From: Promethearchaeati archaeon | Lineage (GTDB): Archaea > Asgardarchaeota > Heimdallarchaeia > JABLTI01 | Direction of reading: 5' to 3' | Assembly: GCA_013166835.1 (NCBI GenBank) | Contig: JABLTI010000084.1 | Span: 1 to 11,913 of the forward strand | DNA: 11,913 nt | Shown here: in pieces, positions 1-6,118 of the stretch | How the letters are laid out: each line of letters opens with the position of its first letter | Position numbering within the stretch: position 1 is the first letter of the stretch | Notes under the pieces: generated by a model | Databases searched by the model: none | Seen by the model: the letters and a program-made list of their open reading frames with translations, nothing else | Told to the model about the DNA's origin: nothing | Translations under genes and position numbers: made by a program

Positions 1-833
1 GGACAGATATTGGGGGATTAGACGATCAAGTAAGGGAGTTAAAGGAAGCTATAGAATGGCCTTTGAAATTCAAAGAATCATTTAGTAGATTGGGGATATC
101 ACCTCCAAGAGGGATACTCTTATTTGGTCCACCTGGTTGTGGAAAAACACTTCTCGCAAAAGCAGTGGCAACTGAAAGCGAAGTTAATTTCATAAGTATT
201 AAAGGCCCAGAAGTTATGAGTAAATGGGTAGGCGAATCCGAGAAGGCTGTTAGAGAAATTTTCAGAAAAGCGAAGATGGCTGCTCCAACCATTGTCTTTT
301 TTGACGAAATTGATGCTCTTGCTCCGAAAAGAGGTAGTGGATTTGGTGATTCAGGAACAACAGAACGAGTCATAAGTCAACTCTTAACAGAAATTGATGG
401 TTTGGAAATGATTAAACAAGTTGTAATCATAGCAGCCACAAATAGACCTGATATTGTCGATACTGCTCTGTTAAGACCAGGACGATTTGACAGATTTGTA
501 CTTATTCCACCACCAGATCAAAAATCACGATTAAAAATTCTACAAATCTTCACTAAAGAAATGCCTGTTGCAGAAGATGTTGATCTAAAGCAATTAGCAA
601 AAGATATCGAAGGATTTTCAGGAGCTGATATCGAATCTTTATGTAGAGAGGCAGCAATGCTATCCTTAAGAGAAGATATGAATGCTTCAATAGTTTTAAT
701 GAAACATTTCAGTAATGCAAGGAAGAAAGTATATGCTTCAATTACAGCTGATACAATGAAATATTATGACAAAGCAGCTGAAAGATTTAAACGGGCTTCT
801 GTTGAAGTTGCAGAGCTTTCTCCAGTTATATGA
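1..833 (+). CDS. cdc48: CDC48/VCP (p97) family AAA+ ATPase, C-terminal (D2) part; 5'-truncated by the window edge
   Basis: The frame is open from the window start: (W)[23 protein letters not shown], so TTG at 63 is internal. Motifs: Walker A GPPGCGKT, pore loop KWVGESEK, Walker B FFDEID, second region of homology [21 protein letters not shown], and GFSGADI..CREA. 'EWPL', 'ISIKGPE' and '[13 protein letters not shown]' are typical of the archaeal Cdc48 D2 domain. Confidence 0.95.
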   Translation, partial: TDIGGLDDQVRELKEAIEWPLKFKESFSRLGISPPRGILLFGPPGCGKTLLAKAVATESEVNFISIKGPEVMSKWVGESEKAVREIFRKAKMAAPTIVFFDEIDALAPKRGSGFGDSGTTERVISQLLTEIDGLEMIKQVVIIAATNRPDIVDTALLRPGRFDRFVLIPPPDQKSRLKILQIFTKEMPVAEDVDLKQLAKDIEGFSGADIESLCREAAMLSLREDMNASIVLMKHFSNARKKVYASITADTMKYYDKAAERFKRASVEVAELSPVI

Positions 834-887
834 GATTACAATAATAAACTAGATAACAAGAAAATCGAAACAAACAAACCACAATTC

Positions 888-895
888 TTTAAAAG
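888..895 (+). promoter_or_regulatory. Candidate TATA box for the 974 gene
   Basis: TTTAAAAG preceded by an A-rich tract in the 140-nt gap between cdc48 and the next gene. The AT-rich background makes this uncertain. Confidence 0.3.
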
Positions 896-956
896 GTGAT
901 TAATAAAGATTGATTTGGGATTTTTATTCCGATTTTTAAAATAACTACTTAATCTA

Positions 957-961
957 AGGAG
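957..961 (+). promoter_or_regulatory. Shine-Dalgarno-like site
   Basis: AGGAG lies 12 nt upstream of ATG 974. Confidence 0.45.
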
Positions 962-973
962 TTTTCAGACAAA

Positions 974-1246
974 ATGTCTAAAGAAAGAGCAGCAATTTGG
1001 AAAACCATGCCTTTATCTACTGCAGTTCTAATAGTTATCCAAAAACGACAAGGTGTTTTACTAGATGATGAGTTAGTCAAAATCTTGTCTATGGAATTTG
1101 GTGATGTATCTAAAACTGAGATTAATCAAGTCCTAATGGAACTCGAGATTAGAGGAATAGTCCACGTTTCTTTTATTACTAAGAGTAAACGACGAATAGA
1201 ATTAATAAGAGACAATATGGTTTACATGGCTGTTGGTGAAGACTAA
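974..1246 (+). CDS. Small stand-alone winged-helix protein (90 aa)
   Basis: Pattern helix (LSTAVLIVIQKR), helix (DDELVKILSMEF), recognition helix (SKTEINQVLMELEIRGIV), then a beta wing (HVSFITKSKRRIELI). 'L..LE..G.V.V' is a typical wHTH signature. ATG start with an upstream AGGAG. Confidence 0.8.
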   Translation: MSKERAAIWKTMPLSTAVLIVIQKRQGVLLDDELVKILSMEFGDVSKTEINQVLMELEIRGIVHVSFITKSKRRIELIRDNMVYMAVGED

Positions 1247-1286
1247 AAAAGAGCTAATTGTAGCGTTCAAAAACGCTACGAAATTA
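1245..1286. terminator. Hairpin between convergent genes; probable bidirectional terminator
   Basis: Perfect 8-bp stem GTAGCGTT (1260-1267) / AACGCTAC (1272-1279) with a CAAA loop, extendable by TAATT/AATTA. A6 at 1245-1250 gives a U6 tract on the minus-strand transcript downstream of the stem. Confidence 0.6.
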
Positions 1287-1293
1287 TTATTCT

Positions 1294-1959
1294 TTATGCT
1301 CCGCTTCTTTCTTTTTCAATTTTCTTACGGAGTTCTGCTATTTCATCCCCGATTTCATCTTCCTCTTCAACTTTTTCTTTTGTAGGAGTTACTTTTGTTG
1401 TCCCGACATCTGGGAGTTCATCCACTTGTCCTAATGACAACTCCATTTCTAGTTCTCGCATTTCTTGATCTATCATATCTTCCATATCAAGATCTAATTC
1501 AGTTTCAGAGAAGGAAGTATCAGCTAAGGCGTCAGAAGCAAACGCTACTTTCTCCATTGAGGATTGCATTTCAAACATTGCTCTCTCAGTGTCTGCAGGA
1601 GAAACATTTTTCAGAGTATCTTCTATTACTACTACTCCATCTTTAATAGCATGAGTTGTTTCTGCAACATCTTTAGCTTCAGAGATTGATTCTATCATAC
1701 CTTGCAAATTGAGAATTTTGTTTTGGGTTTCATTTAATTTCTTAAGATACAATTGACGACGCATTAGAGCCTGTTTTGCACCTGCTTTATTTCCACTTTG
1801 CATCATATCCCTAGCAATACCTTTTTGCTCGTCAGCTTGTTGAGTTAATCTGCGAGATTGTAGGGTATACTTATTTATAACACGTCTGATTTTAGCAATA
1901 CTTTCAGTATCTTTAGGTTTATCTTTTCCAAACAACCAATTTTTTATTTTAGGTGACAT
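1294..1959 (-). CDS. snf7: Snf7-family ESCRT-III protein, Vps20/32/60 (CHMP4/6-like) class, 221 aa
   Basis: N-terminal MSPKIKNWLFGK resembles the Snf7/CHMP4 membrane-anchoring helix. Core GNKAGAKQALMRRQLYLKKL...IESISEAKDVAET resembles CHMP4 'NKRAALQALKRKK.YEKQL'. Basic N-half and acidic C-half, MIM2-like ELPDVG, terminal helix DEIAELRKKIE. I prefer ATG 1959 over 2016 because the extra 19 codons overlap a TATA-like element. Confidence 0.92.
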   Translation of the reverse strand: MSPKIKNWLFGKDKPKDTESIAKIRRVINKYTLQSRRLTQQADEQKGIARDMMQSGNKAGAKQALMRRQLYLKKLNETQNKILNLQGMIESISEAKDVAETTHAIKDGVVVIEDTLKNVSPADTERAMFEMQSSMEKVAFASDALADTSFSETELDLDMEDMIDQEMRELEMELSLGQVDELPDVGTTKVTPTKEKVEEEDEIGDEIAELRKKIEKERSGA

Positions 1960-2003
1960 AATTAATACATTCCAATTCTTTGTAAGCTTTATTCGAACAA
2001 TCG

Positions 2004-2013
2004 ATATAAAAAA
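2004..2013 (-). promoter_or_regulatory. Candidate TATA box of snf7
   Basis: The minus strand reads TTTTTTATAT about 45-55 nt upstream of ATG 1959. Confidence 0.45.
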
Positions 2014-2019
2014 CATTTT

Positions 2020-2033
2020 CTTTAAGCTTAAAG
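2020..2033. promoter_or_regulatory. Perfect 14-bp palindrome, candidate operator upstream of snf7
   Basis: CTTTAAGCTTAAAG is its own reverse complement. The core TAAGCTT recurs at 1983-1989, on the other side of the TATA-like box. Confidence 0.4.
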
Positions 2034-2096
2034 TATGTCTTTTATTTTCGTTAAGTCATTAATATATATACTTATTCCTAATAAAAGTCTATTTTT

Positions 2097-3188
2097 CTAG
2101 GTATAACTCCTACGAGCATTCTCCACCTCTTCATCCATAATAAAGACTAATAGACTTAGAGAAGGATCATCTATTCTGGCTATTTCAAGGAATTTAATTG
2201 AACTAGCAATAGAGTCCTGGATAGGCATTATTAATTCTTCTTCATTACCGCCGAATGTTCTCAGATCAGTATTTAGTCGTTTTTCAAAATCCTCAGCTGT
2301 TAGAGCTTGATCTAAGAATAACTCAAAATTCTTTTTACATTTATCAACAAAGTTGTTATATAATTCTTCACCGGCAATTCTCAGAACAATACAAGAAGGC
2401 AAGAGGATATTATTCACCCATTCATTGACAATTCTTTCACGATCATACAAAGTATCACTGAGGGATTTTGAGAGAATATTTTGTTTTCTAATTTGTCTTG
2501 GTTTCATCCCTTTAAGGGATTCTTCTCCAATTTTTGCTAATTCATCGAATCCATATTTCTCCTTATATCTAGCAAATGTCTTGATGAGTGATTTAACAAA
2601 AATGGTAAGTTCCTCTGAGACATTATAGTTGTTTATCAAAATAGTACTTATTTGATTCATAGCTTCATCTGAGTTAACTTGATCTTGTGCTATAGCAAGC
2701 AAAACTCGAGCAATGATTTGTTTTACTTCTTCAATTTTTCCAGCAGATTTTATCGAAAAGAGTAGAAGTGGTGTGATGGTTTGTTCTACTATTTGATTTA
2801 TCCAAGAGATGATTATTTGTTGATAAACTAGAAGATTAATCGCATCTAGAATTAACTCTGGTTTCTTTCCAATTACAAGTTCCTCATAGAAACTTTCAGT
2901 AAAATCATTTACTAAATCAAAGATGAATTCAGAAATTTTCACATCTTTGAATGTAGAGATTTTTTTCAGAAAATCATTTTCTGATTGTGATTTTCTTTTG
3001 TTCGTTTGTAAAGAATTATAGAAGAGATTCCAGATTTCCTCTTTCAATAAGACATAATCGTTTGCATCGACATCAATTGTTAAAGGTTCAATTATTGGCC
3101 AAACAACTTTCTGGAAGAGTTTAGAAAAGAGTTCTTTGTTTTTGTCAAAGAACTTTTTGTCTAGCTGAATCTTCTTCTTTTTGGGAAT
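2097..3188 (-). CDS. Hypothetical alpha-helical protein (316 aa from TTG 3047; probably ~363 aa from a non-canonical start near 3188)
   Basis: Long ORF with a soluble, helical-looking composition. The frame stays open upstream of 3047 (SIIPKKKKIQLDKKFFDKNKELFSKLFQKVVWPIIEPLTIDVDANDYVL) until TGA at 3197-3195. It follows the HerA-like gene closely on the same strand. The start position is uncertain. Confidence 0.8.
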   Translation of the reverse strand: MPKKKKIQLDKKFFDKNKELFSKLFQKVVWPIIEPLTIDVDANDYVLLKEEIWNLFYNSLQTNKRKSQSENDFLKKISTFKDVKISEFIFDLVNDFTESFYEELVIGKKPELILDAINLLVYQQIIISWINQIVEQTITPLLLFSIKSAGKIEEVKQIIARVLLAIAQDQVNSDEAMNQISTILINNYNVSEELTIFVKSLIKTFARYKEKYGFDELAKIGEESLKGMKPRQIRKQNILSKSLSDTLYDRERIVNEWVNNILLPSCIVLRIAGEELYNNFVDKCKKNFELFLDQALTAEDFEKRLNTDLRTFGGNEEELIMPIQDSIASSIKFLEIARIDDPSLSLLVFIMDEEVENARRSYT

Positions 3189-3208
3189 AATGGATCACAA
3201 CCTGGGTT

Positions 3209-5839
3209 TCACAAATCAAAGATCTTATCATAGGTATTTTTCTTGAAGCGCTCCTTAGCTACTACAAGGAAAGACATAGCTAATTTGTCTTCTAGAATTG
3301 TATAGGATATACCTAATGCTGCGCTTTCAAGTCTCATTAATATCACAGCGAAAGTTTTCTCTGAAATAATTTCACTGATTTCCCAACCAATGTTTTCTAG
3401 TTTACTAATGATATCTGGTAAAATCTCATCAATTGTTCCTTTTCTAACTCCTGATCTCTGATGCTTATCAAATCTAGTGGATTTTGATCCATCAAATAAA
3501 AAGGTGTTATGTCCATATTCCAGTTTTCTTTCAAGAGTACTGAGAATCATCTTTTGTGGAAATTGACTTGGTTCAGGGTGGGGGAACTCACTTTTTGTGC
3601 GAGACTTCTGAACACTTCGCTCAGGAGGTGGTGTTCTATGTTTCTTTGGTATTGGTTCGGGTATACGAGATTTAGAATCAACCGAAATTTCTGGTTCCGC
3701 TATTAGTGATTCAACGACTACATCTCTTCTATCAAGCTCTGTGGCTTCTGCTTGTTTTTGATCTCGTAATTTCCTTCTTAGTGAGGATGGTACTGCTTCT
3801 CTACCTGCATGAAGAGATGTTCTGGGACGGATTTTAACAACAAAACTTCTGTTTTGTGTTTTTTGATCTGAAAACAAACCAACACCAGTTGGCATACTTC
3901 TTATGAAATCAGAATCCTCGAATTGCTCTGGAACAGAGGCAGGAACTCGTTTTAGAAAAGCTTTGATATCATCTTCAAAAGTTAGAAGATGGGTTATCAT
4001 AATATCAATTTGACTCATGATATTTTTATGCATTGCAGATGGCTGCTGGGTAACTAGCACTAAAGCACAACCTGGTTTTCTTCCTTGCTTTGCATATTCT
4101 ATTAGGGGGTCAGTCGCTGCTGTTTTCTTGTTATTTGGCACTAAGACATGAGCTTCATCAATAAGTAACCAAGTAACAGGTATGGAACCATTTGTATCTC
4201 CTGACTCTTCAAAAACCTCGCCTCGAGAGCTTTTGATTCTAGCTTCAAGAATTTTCCTAGCAATAATTCCAACGAGTAATGCTCGTAAGCTATCACCAAT
4301 ACGTGGATTGCTAATATCTAATACTGAAATCTTATTTGGTGTGCTTAATCGTGAAAGAGGTGTCCCTACACCTGAGAAAATTCCCCATCTTTTAGCTGCT
4401 TCCATTCGTGACCTTATAGCTTGAATAGAGTCATTTCTATATTGGTTCGCAATGGATGGGTCATCAAGAGCTTCAATGATATCATCAATAGAATAATCCG
4501 GTTTTTCACTTCTGATGATCTGAATTGCTTTCTCCAATACTGTACCTCTGATTTCATAACGATCAATATCAAAAGTTCTACACCAATCTTCTATGTGTAA
4601 ATCAGATGGCTTCAATGCGAAAGGTGAATCTATTGTTTTGTCTGGGAATTCATCAAAAATACCAATGGGAGTGAAAACTTCTACATTTTCCACATCAGCA
4701 GGTTTTAATCCCCACCTCTCGAGGAGAAGATTTTCATTAGTGTCAGAATTTTGATTTTTCAAAGCCCAAAAAATACCTATCGGGTCCACCAAAATAATCC
4801 CAACATCTAATTTAGCTTTAGATAATTCTTCAGCGATTACTCCTAATGTATAGCTTTTCCCGGATCCACGATGTCCAGATATGAACAGGACATGAGGATA
4901 GGCAGCATCAACAAGTACTTTCTTACCATAATGATTGTGCTTGCCAACTTCGGAGACTCTCCCAAGATAGAGAGTTCCTTGACAACCAATTTTACGAATA
5001 ACAGATCCTGAACGACCAAGTATTATTGCATCATCAGTCGGTGCATCTCTAACCTCTAAAGGAAGATTAACTTCAGGGGAAAAGTCTAAAGTAGTTTTAA
5101 CTTCATCTAAATTCCTTTGGATGTTTTCAAGAACATTCTCATTTCTCATGAATCCAAGAACAAAAAGAACGTCAACAGGTTGGTCACACTGATAAATTTC
5201 TTCAGCAAGTTGCTTTCGAGTTTCAAAATTGCGAGGACCAAAATCTGGATCATACATGGATTTAATCCAAATTATCTTGTCTAAGTATGCTGCTGGTTTA
5301 TCACTACCAGACATCTCCTTAGCAAGTTCAATAATATTGTTGGGTAACTCAAATTCTCTGTTAGACATTATATACGCAGTAGCATGCGGCCATAATTTTT
5401 CCTCTTTTGGAAGGGATTCAAGTAAAGAGTAGATTTTCTCTTTTAATTCACCTTTTTCAATCGAAATACTAAACGCAAGTAATAATGCACAGATTCTATC
5501 ATCCGGATCAGGCCAACTCTCTTGTAATTCAATCATCCGATCAATCTGCGGTTCATCAATAACAAGAGTTCCTTCACGATGTAAAAAGTACAATAACTTT
5601 AATTCTTCTTCTTCTGGCACATAGCTTTCTTTTGTTAAAATATCCCTCAATATTTCATTTCCAAGTCGTCTAGCATTTGTTGCGTATTGTTTTGTATCTG
5701 TAATTTCATACGCAAGCATATTTGCTCTAGCCAATAGTGCTCGTTCATGAGCATCTAATAATGAGCTGTTTAAATCAGCAAGCCTTTCAAGCACAGTGGG
5801 AAGATAATGACATGGAGAGCGACCAAATTCATACTTCAT
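3209..5839 (-). CDS. HerA/FtsK-superfamily P-loop ATPase (DUF87/COG0433-like) with N-terminal helical and C-terminal alpha/beta extensions, 876 aa
   Basis: PHVLFISGHRGSGKSYT (Walker A, 4853-4879), LVDPIG, WLLIDEAH (Walker B), QGRKPGCALVLVTQQPS (arginine finger and Gln sensor of the HerA/FtsK clade). GGTGA ribosome-binding site upstream. Confidence 0.9.
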   Translation of the reverse strand: MKYEFGRSPCHYLPTVLERLADLNSSLLDAHERALLARANMLAYEITDTKQYATNARRLGNEILRDILTKESYVPEEEELKLLYFLHREGTLVIDEPQIDRMIELQESWPDPDDRICALLLAFSISIEKGELKEKIYSLLESLPKEEKLWPHATAYIMSNREFELPNNIIELAKEMSGSDKPAAYLDKIIWIKSMYDPDFGPRNFETRKQLAEEIYQCDQPVDVLFVLGFMRNENVLENIQRNLDEVKTTLDFSPEVNLPLEVRDAPTDDAIILGRSGSVIRKIGCQGTLYLGRVSEVGKHNHYGKKVLVDAAYPHVLFISGHRGSGKSYTLGVIAEELSKAKLDVGIILVDPIGIFWALKNQNSDTNENLLLERWGLKPADVENVEVFTPIGIFDEFPDKTIDSPFALKPSDLHIEDWCRTFDIDRYEIRGTVLEKAIQIIRSEKPDYSIDDIIEALDDPSIANQYRNDSIQAIRSRMEAAKRWGIFSGVGTPLSRLSTPNKISVLDISNPRIGDSLRALLVGIIARKILEARIKSSRGEVFEESGDTNGSIPVTWLLIDEAHVLVPNNKKTAATDPLIEYAKQGRKPGCALVLVTQQPSAMHKNIMSQIDIMITHLLTFEDDIKAFLKRVPASVPEQFEDSDFIRSMPTGVGLFSDQKTQNRSFVVKIRPRTSLHAGREAVPSSLRRKLRDQKQAEATELDRRDVVVESLIAEPEISVDSKSRIPEPIPKKHRTPPPERSVQKSRTKSEFPHPEPSQFPQKMILSTLERKLEYGHNTFLFDGSKSTRFDKHQRSGVRKGTIDEILPDIISKLENIGWEISEIISEKTFAVILMRLESAALGISYTILEDKLAMSFLVVAKERFKKNTYDKIFDL

Positions 5840-5845
5840 TTTTTT

Positions 5846-5850
5846 TCACC
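5846..5850 (-). promoter_or_regulatory. Shine-Dalgarno site of the HerA-like gene
   Basis: The minus strand reads GGTGA followed by an A run and then ATG 5839. Confidence 0.65.
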
Positions 5851-6036
5851 AATTATATATTCATAACAAACTATTCTTTCAATATTTTCCTAGTCAATCA
5901 AGGATAAGAAGATTTGTAAATACACTTTTTTTGTATTTATGTATAGAAATATGTAATTCTCTCTAATAAATGTTTGAAATCATCTTTATTTTAATAATCG
6001 ATTTTCTTAGCCTGGATATCAGTTCTCATTGAACAT

Positions 6037-6044
6037 TTTATAAA
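6037..6044 (+). promoter_or_regulatory. Candidate TATA box of larC
   Basis: TTTATAAA lies 75 nt upstream of ATG 6119. An SD-like GAGG sits at 6108-6111. Confidence 0.45.
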
Positions 6045-6118
6045 TTAACAAAATAACCTTAATAGGGATTTAGTTGATTATTCACAAAGAAGTACTGAAG
6101 AATCCCTGAGGAAGTAAA

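Noticed and set aside
63-65. TTG as the start of a 256-aa ATPase
   Set aside because: The frame continues upstream through the conserved DIGGL...EWPL motif, so the gene starts outside the window.
26-373. 115-aa minus-strand ORF
   Set aside because: Antisense shadow of the conserved cdc48 frame.
1-833. Calling the AAA ATPase Vps4/CdvC or PAN because ESCRT-III is nearby
   Set aside because: The [22 protein letters not shown] and LLRPGRFDR motifs together fit Cdc48 D2 better than Vps4 or PAN.
1960-2016. 19-aa N-terminal extension of Snf7 from ATG 2016
   Set aside because: It overlaps the TATA-like element and would bury the typical N-terminal anchor helix.
3195-3197. Selenocysteine at the in-frame UGA
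   Set aside because: No redox-motif context and no SECIS-like hairpin recognised; kept only as a generic readthrough alternative.
1395-5432. Plus-strand ORFs 1395-1646, 2353-2628, 3509-3706, 4182-4424 and 5229-5432
   Set aside because: Short, wholly antisense to longer well-supported genes, and without recognisable motifs.
3209-5839. Canonical DNA-repair herA, VirB4/CedB transfer ATPase, or HerA defence system
   Set aside because: No HAS barrel, no nurA/mre11/rad50, and no neighbouring membrane, SIR2 or nuclease gene, so no gene symbol was assigned.
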